Assembly (NCBI GenBank): GCA_003693705.1
Contig: RBZT01000441.1
Coordinates: 62,001 to 126,000, forward strand
Direction: 5' to 3'
DNA from: Polymyxa betae A26-41
Taxonomy: Eukaryota > Protista > Endomyxa: Phytomyxea
DNA length: 64,000 bases
The position numbers were made by a program, and so were the translations under genes. Positions 25,961-37,139 of this stretch are shown here, piece by piece; the first letter of the stretch is position 1; the number at the start of each line of letters is the position of its first letter. The notes under the pieces were generated by a model. The model did no database searches. It saw nothing but the letters and a program-made list of their open reading frames with translations, and was not told the origin of the DNA.

Positions 25961-27363
25961 ATGGAGAATATCTCTAGCCCAGCCAGGAAACTGACTAATA
26001 CTAACGGGAGAAAGCTGAGAATCCCTAAAGCTGTAGCGAAAGCCGCCAGCAATATGCCCCAAGAACCTAGAACACATTCGATGGAATTAGCTCGACAATA
26101 TGGTCTGTTTGTTGTTGTGTTTCTAACCTGGGAGATGCTTATTGATTTAGGATCTATGAATCTACAGGACAGATTAGCTCATATATCAAAACGGCTTAAG
26201 CATGAGCAGAAGGTTGATGAACTAGGCCCAGTTTACGATATCCATTCTAAGCATGGCAACAGGAAAATAGCCGGCTACGTGATGCCCTTCTGCAGCTTCA
26301 GCGGTCACAAAAGAGCCCCGAATTTGAGAATGAGAAGGCGGATCTCAAGCGACAACTGAAAGAGTCTAAAAGTGAGATTAAGACACTTAAAACGGTAATG
26401 TCCCATCCACCAACTACCATGATGTGATTAATGGATCACAATAGGAACTACGACGATATGAGACAGCGCAAGCTGAATATCAGCAATCAGTCTCTGACTA
26501 TCCAGAACGAATACGCTCGTTGACAAAAGATCTTCGCCAATCGAAAGAGAAGTGCAATGAACTTCTTTCACAGCATCGTGATAATGAGAGACAGATCCGA
26601 GTGCAACATGATAAGATCTGCACGGTGATCAATGGATATGTCAGCTACTGTGTGATATGCTGACTTGGCTTACAGCTGCAGAAACAGCTGCAAGGTTATT
26701 CGCAGAATGCCAAGAAGGGCAATACGAAACCTGATCTAGAACGAAACGCATGGCTCAATCAGGAAAAGGTGAGATTATGTGCACATGTTTTGCTCCCTCT
26801 TGAATCTGTCCTGAACGCCAGGAATATCGTCGTCAAATTACTGATTTGAAGAGTAATTTCCAGAAAGAACAGAAACGCAACCGACGGATGTCCACATCAA
26901 TGAAAACTATGAGAGATCAATTTGAAGGCAGGGATTACAGCTGTTTTGCATAATTTCGTGTTCATCTTTGAAACTTCAGGCGAGATCATTCGGTTGGGAA
27001 ACTTGCTGAAAGAAAAGGACAGGAAACTATCAAATTCTGTGCATAAGTTCTCTATAACTGGCCAACGTGAAGGAGCTCCATCACGAAGTGACGCCCTGCG
27101 GTTGTCCATGACGTCCAGAGAAGGGGATCATGACATTGATATATTGTCAAATAATTCTGATATCGGTTGGACGATCACTGTCCAATCTAGAAACTGTATT
27201 TGACTCATTGTTTGCAGCTCAAGAATTACAGACATCACTTCAGCAAATCAAGTCTGCATTTCCATCAGAGAGCGGTTCCGATCCTATCATTGACGACAAT
27301 ATTTTTAATGACTATGCAGCCGACGATTTTGCAGCAGATGACTATGAAGAAGATTTCGATGAA
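25961..27363 (+). CDS. Coiled-coil protein, lebercilin (LCA5)-like (multi-exon)
   Basis: Spliced exons give EIKTLKTELRRYETAQAEYQQSVSDYPERIRSLTKDLR and EIIRLGNLLKEKDRKL, reminiscent of the lebercilin domain; acidic tail. Confidence 0.55.
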
Positions 27364-27458
27364 TAAATTCCATCGAATAAAACATTTACAGCTACAAGAG
27401 TCGTCGCTCTTCACACTTCGTCCATTAAGTAAGTCTTGCAGCGTGTGAAACGGTGGTA

Positions 27459-27495
27459 TGCGCTGTCGGAAATCGAACCCGGGGCCAAGCCCCAT
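27459..27495 (-). other. tRNA 3'-half-like remnant (Gly-like T arm plus acceptor strand)
   Basis: Minus strand reads CCCGGGTTCGATTTCCGACAGCGCA (B box GGTTCGATT); no 5' half or D arm found. Confidence 0.45.
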
Positions 27496-27585
27496 TGTAG
27501 CTACATGCTTTTGCTCGGTGTACATACCTATGGTATGTATGTCCCATTTGTATTCTAACAAGAGGTATCTAGTGTTTCTTGAAGC

Positions 27586-27876
27586 GTCCCCTTATTAGTG
27601 AAACTCTCACGGGACACTACCTGGGCGTCGTGGGCGGAGAAGTGTCACTCTCCTGCACTTCACTCGTTATGGGAATGCACCTCCTAACCCTGCGCACTCA
27701 CACGGTTGCGATTAACTCGACGGTGGAGAGCTCCAACGACGTACCTTCTGGCACATGCTTGAGCAAAACCATCAGATGCGCCCGATGCACTTTCTAACCA
27801 GAACGCTCCGAGTAGAATGTGAGTCTCCCCAGAAGGGTTGACGCATTTTGACCCTCAAAACTTTCCCGATGAGGAC
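27586..27876 (-). ncRNA. Unidentified about 290-nt rod-like structured RNA candidate
   Basis: Nested complementary segments from the ends to the centre, with many G-U pairs on the minus strand and two terminal hairpins. Confidence 0.5.
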
Positions 27877-27933
27877 AAACATAAATAAGGTCAATTCCGC
27901 TAAATCCTGACCAAAGATGTTGAGGTTATTCGG

Positions 27934-28963
27934 TTATTGTATTATGCAATTATTCGTTTTATCAATTTGTCGGATCTCACCCGAATTACAACTGATCTTG
28001 AAGGTTGCAGTTACAGGCCGATGATCCGATGTTCTAATTGTATCAGTGCTATTATAACCCGTATTCTTAATATTATCACTGGCTTTCCATAGAATACGAT
28101 CTGTCCATGATGGAACTCGCTGCTTTGTGCTTGTGTCGTACAGATCGGAATTCTTATCATATTTATACGTGGGAGCGAACCTGATCTCAGCTTCTTGAAA
28201 TCCTGAGAATACTGTCCCTCTCCTCATCTCAATACCAAGCTGCTCATTAGCCTTCATAACTTCCGCCATTTGACGCCGCAGTAGATTGTCCACCATTCGA
28301 CGCCCACCGTTAATCCGGTAATTTAGATCACCGAACCAGAATACAATGTCAAAGAATTCCGATACCGATTGTCGCTTAGTTGAATTCAACAGATTCATGG
28401 TGTTGTTGATCATATGGAAATCCGCATTCCTTTGTTCTATATCAGAATCATGTGCATGAAAATGACAATTGATGAAGGCGAGAGATGTTTGACCCAGATA
28501 GAATGATACCCCAACACCACCTAAATCACAATCAATACTGTTGCCAGCAGTTCAACGAATAGTTACCTTTGTTGCCGATTATATTGCCGATACCGGTAGC
28601 AACGCTACTTGCACAGTTCGACGAGATATATGGTAGAAGAGAACGACGTAAAAATACGATTAGATGAATGGCATTCAATGTAATACGTTGTATTGGAAGC
28701 CATTCAGAACCCATATGCTGTTTAAGCTGATTCTCCCATTTCGTTTTATCATCGTACACAATAGCAACTTCCATAGATTGACCACATTCTTCAGTACCAA
28801 TAGCATAGATATCATACTGATTTGGTGGTATAAAATCAGTCAAATCTGGAGGAGGATCCTGTGCATGTAGATTCCATGTCCCAATAAATACAGATAGAGA
28901 TCTGCATTTGTTGGCATCGTCGTCTACCTCAATCTTCTGATAGAGGTCCTCACCATTATCCAT
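27934..28963 (-). CDS. INPP5E: Inositol polyphosphate 5-phosphatase, INPP5E-like (multi-exon; start uncertain)
   Basis: FIGTWNL, GNKGGVG, FINCHF, FWFGDLNYRI, PTYKYD, PSWTDRILW, SDHRPV; C-terminal CaaX CIIQ. Confidence 0.88.
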
Positions 28964-29592
28964 AATCCGCCTCAATACAGTACCGAATCCGATCGAGGCA
29001 CATGCATTATAAGTTGTTAACACGAGATCTCGGGACAACAATAAACCACGAATTGCTCACAAATGTTACCAGAAGACAACAAGCGTTCGGTACAGAGAAG
29101 AAAGCAGAAACACGAAGTAGAATTGTGAACGTTTACTAAATCGCCCTTCCATCCTGGACAGACGAATTGATGTGAAGATTTCTAAAGGACGACGAGAAAT
29201 CGCATTGAAAATGATGGATAAACCTGATGCTCTACAAACATCAACGTGATGATGTGGCAAAATCACAACAACAATCCAACACGAGTGGTTTCATACTCGG
29301 ACGATGCGGCCAGTACGGCAGCTGGATCCTGATCCGAATGAAGGCGTAATCCTGTTGAAATCCAACAACAGCTCGATTGGGCAACTGATGATGTTCGGCC
29401 TCATGCTGAGCCTGTTTGAAAATAAGTCCGTAAAACTCCAACTTTGAGTTCTGTAGATTTTTAACAGTGAGCGAGAATCTCGGATTGTTTTTCTGTTACC
29501 TCACCAGTCACAACATATCTGGTTGAGACAGGTCACAGGGTAGACTAGACCTTGTAGGTGGATCATCTCATCATTACAGTTTGATATCATCC

Positions 29593-30828
29593 ATGGCTGG
29601 AGCTGGTGAAGAGAAGGCTCTCGTCAAATCTCTCACCTGCATTGCATGGAATGCCGATCGCTCCCAGATCGCACTCTGCCCCAACAATAACGAGGTCCAG
29701 ATCTATTCGGTCGCCGGCGTCGATGTATCAGCCTGGAAGCTGCTCCATGTTTTAAAAGAGGTTTTTGGATTAGAACCCCATTTACATCAACCTCATGAAA
29801 TCTCTTAGCATGATTCGCTGGTCTCTGGCATTGATTGGTGTCCACATACAAACCATATTGTGACCTGTGGTCATGATAGAAACGCTTATGTATGGAAATA
29901 TGCAGATGGTGTATGGTCTCCAACATTGGTCATATTACGAATCAATCGGGCTGCTATAACTGTCAAATGGTCGCCATCGGGAGTGAAATTTGCAGTTACA
30001 AGCGGAGCCAAAGTCGTTCCCATTTGCCATTACGAGCAAGGCAATGATTGGTGGGTCAGTAAGACTATCAAGAAGCACAAATCAACCGTATTGGCTCTCG
30101 ACTGGAATCGCAACAACAAGTTCATCGTGACGGGCTCTGCTGATTTTAAATGCAGAATATTCTCAGCGTTTATTGAGGATGTCGACGCTGACGAAGATCA
30201 CGATGCCTGGGCGGGCATCTTCCCGGCTCAGAACAAATTCGGAACGCAGCTGGCCGAATTTAGTGCCGAGGGATGGGTCGAGACCGTGGCCTGGTCGCCC
30301 AATGGCTATCGGCTCGCATTCGCTTCTCATGATAGCTACGTTCATTTCGCTCAAATTCTAACAGAAGGGCCTCCAGTCTGCAGCTCGATTCAGACAGTGT
30401 TTCTGCCATTCATAGCCGTGGCATTTCTGTCGAACGACGCCGTCGTTTTTGGAGGGTATGATTGCAATCCGATTCTGTTTGTTAATTCAGGGTCGGAAGC
30501 CGAGCCACGATTTCAAGTTCACAGCGTTCTTGATAAGATGGTGGCGACGCCAACCACAAAGAAGGCAGCGTCCAACTTCTCTAATGTTAAGAATCTGTTC
30601 GATGCATCGACCCGAATGGGACTCACATTTGGCGGAGAATCCAGTGATGCTGCTGGCGCCTTGAAGACCCGACATCAAAATGCTATCAATGGATTGGTTC
30701 AGTTCTGGGCGGACGCTTCCAGATCGTTCGCGTTGGAATTCTGCACGTGTGGTGTTGATGGGCGCATCCTTACCTGGGATGTCTCGAAAATGCCAGATAT
30801 TAATCTGCCCAGTATTGGTCTTGCATAA
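29593..30828 (+). CDS. ARPC1: Arp2/3 complex subunit 1 (p41)
   Basis: CIAWNADRSQIALCPNNNEVQIY, CGHDRNAYVW, PTLVILRINRAA, YEQGNDWWVSK; one 48-nt intron. Confidence 0.96.
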
Positions 30829-31094
30829 AATCGAATTTAAGTAATCACAGCGTAGCGACATTTGCCTGAGGCTTAGTTTCGGCAATTTAATCAGAAAATT
30901 ATCGGCTGTAATCGTGGCTAAACATCGCCATTCGTGACAGGCGTCAAGGAGAACTATCGTGAACTCGCCTATGTGGCCAAAAGGATTTTCGTGATTGGTA
31001 GAAATCATGTTCGGAGGCAATGCCCATACAGATGAACCATATTGAATCAATCAACAACAATACACAAAGAAGTCAACCTGGATTCTTAAGCGAC

Positions 31095-31976
31095 ATGAAG
31101 TTCCTAATTCTAACTCTGACTGGAATTCTAGTGCTCCAAACATCTAATGCGAACGTCGGTTTCGCCAAGTTCTTGTTCGCAAACGACATCTGTTCAACTA
31201 CAACTGGATGGATTCGTGGCTCATACAGCTGTTTATGTCATGAAGGTGCATTGGTGGGATGCATGAATAACACGAATTGCTCGTATGTTAGCAGCTGTCG
31301 TCCAATACCATCATGCACCAATGACCAGTTTCTGAGCTGCAACAACCAATCACTGTGTCTGCAGGGACTGAATTGTACCTCAGGGCGGCATTGTCGGGTG
31401 ATGACATTCTGTCAGTCAGTTCTGACTCAACGTAAAGTCTGCATCCCAAGATCTGGCAGCAAGAATTTTACAGTATCATCCAATCAGAAGCCGTCCCAAC
31501 CGCAGAGCTTTGCCTATCAAAAATTTACCAGCCTACAGGCCGACGGCAATCTCGCTAATTCTACAGACAACGCTACAGCGAAAACGCAAATCAGCGGCGA
31601 TACGATGCGCCCGACAATCGAAGCCACAGCAGCGCCAGAAACCGCAATCAGCAATACGACGGAAAGCGCTACATCAGCGCCAGAATCCATCAGCAACAAT
31701 ACAACGGCGAAAGTTACGGCAGCGCCGTCGGCGAATGCGACAACGGCGCCAGAACGCGAAACAGTGCAGAACGAATCGCAGAATGGAAACGCGACTGGAC
31801 CTGCGATGACATGCTGGATTGAGACATTCCCAGCCATTGGCTGCCGAAACATCACTCAATGTTATCCAACTTATCAGTGTGTATTCCAGCCTAAATGCAT
31901 CAATATCAGTCGCTGTATTCAGAATGGTACTTGCCAGGATTCCAGCACTTGCAGGCCTGTATGGCAATGCGGTTGA
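31095..31976 (+). CDS. Secreted Cys-rich protein with central Thr/Ala/Asn-rich mucin-like linker
   Basis: Signal peptide MKFLILTLTGILVLQTSNA; two Cys-rich blocks with roughly CX5C spacing; many NxT/S sequons. Confidence 0.8.
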   Translation: MKFLILTLTGILVLQTSNANVGFAKFLFANDICSTTTGWIRGSYSCLCHEGALVGCMNNTNCSYVSSCRPIPSCTNDQFLSCNNQSLCLQGLNCTSGRHCRVMTFCQSVLTQRKVCIPRSGSKNFTVSSNQKPSQPQSFAYQKFTSLQADGNLANSTDNATAKTQISGDTMRPTIEATAAPETAISNTTESATSAPESISNNTTAKVTAAPSANATTAPERETVQNESQNGNATGPAMTCWIETFPAIGCRNITQCYPTYQCVFQPKCINISRCIQNGTCQDSSTCRPVWQCG

Positions 31977-32112
31977 ATGCTCAGTTCTCGTTTCCCAATC
32001 CCAACATGAAACCTTCTGAATTTCCATTGACGTCTCATAACTTCACATATAGATAAACAAGAATTGTGTCTGTGCTGAATGCAGTAGATTGTTTGTCAAG
32101 GCTTTCCTTATC

Positions 32113-33068
32113 TTACGATTTATTTCGATTGGATATTCGCATAGATCGTGTTGGCAGCCTCAATGCTTCCAGGCGATCTAAATCGAGCCTGGCGGCAATA
32201 TGATCTCGGAATTCAAATCGGCCCTTTTTACGTTGAGATCGGCATTCTGTCTTTATAAAATCAATCAGATCAGATTTCACTTTTGAATCGACATTTGAGG
32301 TCAAATTAGCGAAACTAAAGCGCTTGCGAATCTGAATCAGATCGCGAACTGAAAACGCAGAATGTGCTGGGGAGGGTTTGATGCAATGCTTTGGAGAACT
32401 TTCAGGAACTGATAATATATAATTCCGAAGATCGGTGTGATCTTCATTGTCATCTGAGCGGGAGCGCTGATAAGCAGCAATGGAAGCTGAAAGCGATGCT
32501 ATCAGTGCGTCTCGTTCATGAAGAGCTGCAATCAGATCGCCACGCTGCGACTGTAAAACTTGAATTTCATCGAAGGCTTGTTCTAACTACATTGAATTTT
32601 AGCGATAACAATTCATTTGTAGTCTATTAGCATTACAAGCTGGAGAGATTGCTGTTGCAAACCAAGGATATGTTGCTGAAAGATTTCGGATTCGCGGCTT
32701 TTCGTACGAAATCGAGTCCCGTCTTCTTCTTTGACAAACCTCAATTCAACGGCCGCTTCATTACCAGGAAAACGTTCGCCCTCATGGAATGATCCAGTTG
32801 AAAACTTTTTCCGATGATACCGATTCTGCGGTCTCAACTGCCTGCGTTGACGGTTTGTCGGTCCAGATGGAGGACGTGGCCAGGCTCCATTTCCTTCATC
32901 TGAATCCGTACTGGACAGGTTCAGGATCTTATCCGAGAATCTCCATTGCGAATCAGAATCCAGATCAGCACGATGCATCGAACTGTGACGAACAGAAATC
33001 AGCTCTCTGCCTGTCGATTGATTTTGCCGGAATGGCCCAGTTGCCTCCAGAGAATTAAGAATTGTCAA
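32113..33068 (-). CDS. Hypothetical protein (probably multi-exon)
   Basis: Colinear minus-strand ORFs 32613-33068 and 32113-32304; no motif recognised. Confidence 0.4.
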
Positions 33069-33212
33069 ATGGTTTAAAGGACCTATTATTATACTGATTA
33101 GGATGAGACGACTAACAAAGATTGCAGGCTTCCTTACCTACCCGGGATAGACATTTGATCTAGTGAGAAGAGACATAACAGAAAATGGCCTGTTTAGTGC
33201 ATCAGCTTTTGT

Positions 33213-34190
33213 TTAGATTTCATCATCGCGGTTGATCTTTATGTTCGGCAGCGCTTCTGCAAGGACTGCAACATCTACATCGCAGCAGCCAATCAGATTC
33301 AAAATCTTCAGCGAGCTACACGCGATTAACGGGTCGACATCATGAATTCGAGTATGAGATAGATCCAATGTCGCCATCCGAGTGCAATTCGATAGTGGCT
33401 CAACATTATCAACCCAGGTCCCATACAAATTCAAAGAACGAATAGGTCGACATGATGATAGGACTGATAGCAGCTGGACTCGAGTCTCTCTTAGATTGAG
33501 ATGCTCGATGTAAGGGCATCCATCTAACGGCTCGATATCACTTAGGTTTCGTAACCCTCTGGCGCTTAGCGTGATTAAACGTCTACAAGCTCGTAGTGGT
33601 GTGAAATCGCTCACACGACATCCATCCAGCAATAATGTAGAGAGGAAGACGCACGATGCGAGAGCATCAAGATTGAAAACTGGCGTCTGACGTAGGTCAA
33701 GTTCAATGAGTTCTCTGCATGATCGCAGAGAACTGATATCAGCAACAGAACAACGTCGAAGATTGAGATGCTTTAAATGAGGGCAGTAAGACAGAGCAGA
33801 AATATCCTTAAGCTCGATACAAACAGACATATCCAGATGGGTTAGCTTCACACACGATGATAATGAACCGATATTGTCGATCTTCGTTCCGGAAATATTC
33901 AGATTGGTGAGCTTAAGTAACCGTGATATGGATGTCGCCCTGGAGATCCTCGTATGGGAGATATCTAAAGAGTATAAACCAATGTATCCTTTCAGTAAGC
34001 GTTTCAGGTGATAATTGCAGAATATTCGTCGATCGGTCGGTTGTAGTGAAGTTACTCTGGACAGGCACGCAGTACGAATCGCACGGTTGCTCTGCATTAA
34101 GCAGCATTTATCCAGCCAGGTTAGGCACTCCCAAACCTGATCCGCCGGAGGCCATGGCCGGCTGAAGAAATCTCCCCAATCTGCCATCAT
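33213..34190 (-). CDS. Leucine-rich repeat protein with F-box-like N-terminus
   Basis: About ten 22-23 aa repeats LxxLxLxxTxVxDIxxLxxC; N-terminal PPADQVWECLTWLDKCCL..NR. Confidence 0.88.
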   Translation of the reverse strand: MMADWGDFFSRPWPPADQVWECLTWLDKCCLMQSNRAIRTACLSRVTSLQPTDRRIFCNYHLKRLLKGYIGLYSLDISHTRISRATSISRLLKLTNLNISGTKIDNIGSLSSCVKLTHLDMSVCIELKDISALSYCPHLKHLNLRRCSVADISSLRSCRELIELDLRQTPVFNLDALASCVFLSTLLLDGCRVSDFTPLRACRRLITLSARGLRNLSDIEPLDGCPYIEHLNLRETRVQLLSVLSSCRPIRSLNLYGTWVDNVEPLSNCTRMATLDLSHTRIHDVDPLIACSSLKILNLIGCCDVDVAVLAEALPNIKINRDDEI

Positions 34191-34362
34191 GAAGGGGAGC
34201 TCTTTGGCGCGCCACTTAAATATCGCTTGTGTAATGTGTCATACTATGCGATAGAGGCGCCTAGACACCATATGATACTACGTATTAGAGGGTTGTCGTG
34301 TAATGTTACAGTGTAATGTTATGGGCTATGTACAAGTTAGGGTTTTATTAATCATTTCCTGT

Positions 34363-35787
34363 TTAAGCAAGCCTACTGCTACGCCTAGTACCACGAGACT
34401 CCACAGGTGCTTCTTTGGATTCGTCGTTTTCAAATGTGAACCTTGCAGGACGGGTTGACGAGCGCCTGGATTCGGGTAAAGTGTTACGAAACGACGCCTC
34501 GGATAGTAATCCTTGACGACGGAGTCGTACCGCTTTCTTCTGCTCGGCTTCGGCTTTAGTTGTTTCGGTTGGTATAATCTCTTCGCGAAGATATTCGAGA
34601 AACGGCTCCAAAGCAGAATCACTGCCGTTGTCGCGTTCACTCATGAAACATATCAGTTCGTCCAATGTTTGGGCAACAAGACGAACTTGGCCCTAAAGTA
34701 TGAAGTATTGTTAGAGTTCAGGTAAATGAACATAAAACACAATGGACCTGATCATGCTGTTCATAGAGACGACCACATTGGGATTGTACAGATGAATAGA
34801 AAAACCAATATGATTTGCCCTGAGAGTCTCGTCCTTGTGGCTCAGGCCTGAATGGGTCGGCTAATAAAATCAATCAGCAATGAAAGTCTAGGAATCAGGG
34901 GAATCGCTTACGATCTACACTCGAGATGAATTTCAAGATCTCCGAAGATTCTGAGCATGCCCAATCGCACAGATTCGATAAAATCAAAAGCTAAAGCCAT
35001 TGCAATGAGGTTAAACCGGAAGAAAAACAACAATGAAGGATTTACTCGAGCATATGGCGATAAGGAATGACAATCTTCCGTCCATTGCAATAATAATGGA
35101 TTCTGATATTTTCTCTTGCTTGGCCTCAAATCGCTATCCGATTCCGCTCTTGGGATAGACTTATCCAACAGCGACTGATATGCTTCGGAATCATTACTGT
35201 CCGGGTACATGAATCCAATAAAGCTGTTTTTCATGCCCGAGATGATGCGATGCGTCAAGGTTTGCCACTGATCTGGCCTGACAAAAATCAGCATTACGTG
35301 CATAGTGAAACAAGAAACATTACTTGAGAGCATCTTTTCTGTTCTGTCCCAAATAAATACATCGAGCGGCGAGTTCTGAATACAGAGGATCATCGCGCGA
35401 GAATATGATTGCTTGCTCCAACTCAAGAAAGGAGAATGGTGGTAGCATTAAAATCGGTGCAAATACTTGACAGAACGACAGCAGATTAACAAATTCAGTT
35501 GTAGAATTGATATCAGCAGCTGTGACATCTGGGATACTTCTCAAAGCATCTTCTCCCTGGTCGCCTTCCAATTCCATCGGAGTCGCCGACTCAGTCACGA
35601 CCTGATGCATCACATCTCTATCGACTCCATCATATTCATCAGGGTCGGGATGGAAATCGGATTCGTCATCGCCTTGGTTGGATGGCTCATAGTCGGATTC
35701 TTTAAGTGGATACGGTGATGGAGGTGGTGATAGATTAGTGGACGATACATTCTCCATCAAGCTAAACGGAGCGATCCCAAACACCAC
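34363..35787 (-). CDS. DDT/WHIM-domain chromatin remodelling accessory protein (multi-exon)
   Basis: EFVNLLSFCQVFAPILMLPPFSFLELEQAI (DDT); RLVAQTLDEL..FLEYLREEIIP; basic C-terminus. Confidence 0.7.
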
Positions 35788-35980
35788 ACTGACTCCAGCC
35801 TTAAACTGCGAGATCCATTTTCAGCCACATACTGCTTACTGAATTACCGATTCTGAATCACTTTTATCAACGACATTATCAAGATCTTGAAAGCTGATGC
35901 GAAATTAATCAGAATTCGAATTATTACAGTAATGCCTAAAACGATATATGAATGCGTAAAGCTGATATATCTTATTTAAT

Positions 35981-36952
35981 CTAAGAATCTGAATCACTGT
36001 CAGCATAACTGACAATATTGAGTTTCTTGGTGAGTTGGGATCCCTGTTCTTTCGATGAATTTGATGCAGAAGATGGAGGCTTCACCTCGGGACTTTTGCG
36101 TTTTCTCTTTACTACAATAGGCACAGTCGAGCCGTTCTCGTGACTGGTATTTGCGATGATGTTGATACCAGAAAAGGCTCCGGATTCCTTGACGACAGCA
36201 TCTTTGTCGACATCGTCGTCGATTCGTCGAATTACCCTGTCGTTCGTATCGCCAAATACACTGCGAACTGTTTCTTCATCCTGCTGTTCTTGTTTCTGCA
36301 ACACTGTCGATTCGTATTTCCTTTGATGTAGCAAAAGCAATTCTTCAGGTGATCGTTGACTATGCCGTCGACTCATGGCCTGAAGTTCTTGAAGAGCATC
36401 CATCTGATCCATCTCTCTTTTAGCTTCTTTCTGCCTATTCTCTAAAGCCTTGACACAACTGGTTAGTACAAAAATATAAAAATTATACAATTAAACAAAC
36501 CTTCATGGCATCCTGCTCTTCTTCCTTTATCCTCTCTTCAAGTTCTTTATCAACTTGCAGCGCGGCAGTCCAAGGTTCGAAATTTCGCTTCGCACCTCGC
36601 TCGACAACATAATTGCCATTTTTTGGATCGGTTTTGAATGTGATTTCGCTCGAGCACATAACACATTTGATAAAAAATCGCCAGACTTTGATCCCTAGGT
36701 AATCTTCCCCAATGGCAAGCTCTTTTTTCGAATTAAACTTCTTCCCAGAATACATGAACTCTCCACACGACATACACTGAACGTTCATTGGCAACATGGT
36801 TCGGACGGTTTCTTGCCGGTCGATCGGCTTGCGATTTCTTGGCAACTTCGTGGCATCGAAATCTGGTGGGTAATATCTGAGACCACGTCAGTGGAACGGC
36901 CAGGACTGCTTCAGCTATTTTCTTACTTATTGAGCACTTTACGTTCACCCAT
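35981..36952 (-). CDS. YJU2: Splicing factor YJU2/CCDC94/Cwf16 (multi-exon)
   Basis: MGERKVLNK-YYPPDFD, CMSCGEFMYSGKKFN, EDYLGIK, EITFKTDPKN..YVVERGAKRNFEPW. Confidence 0.96.
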
Positions 36953-37139
36953 TGTGACAGCGAATAAGGTTTAGAAGGAAGCGGTGTGTAAACGGTAGTC
37001 CGACAGCAACACCGAATGATGAAATGGCGATTTAACGATATACTTTTCACGCACTGCAAAACGTAGCGCAGCCCCTTGTAACATTACTTCCACTAGTTGG
37101 CTCTTAATTCAAATACTGTATCGGCTTTATTGAGATTAG

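Noticed and set aside
27459-27540. Functional tRNA gene
   Set aside because: Only the T arm and 3' acceptor strand are present, the T stem is imperfect, and there is no D arm or anticodon arm
27586-27876. RNase P/MRP, SRP or U3 identity for the rod RNA
   Set aside because: GGGAAAG..TGAG resembles CR-I but is paired in the terminal stem and no proper CR-V is present; no SRP helix-8 or UGUNR motif; no U3 boxes
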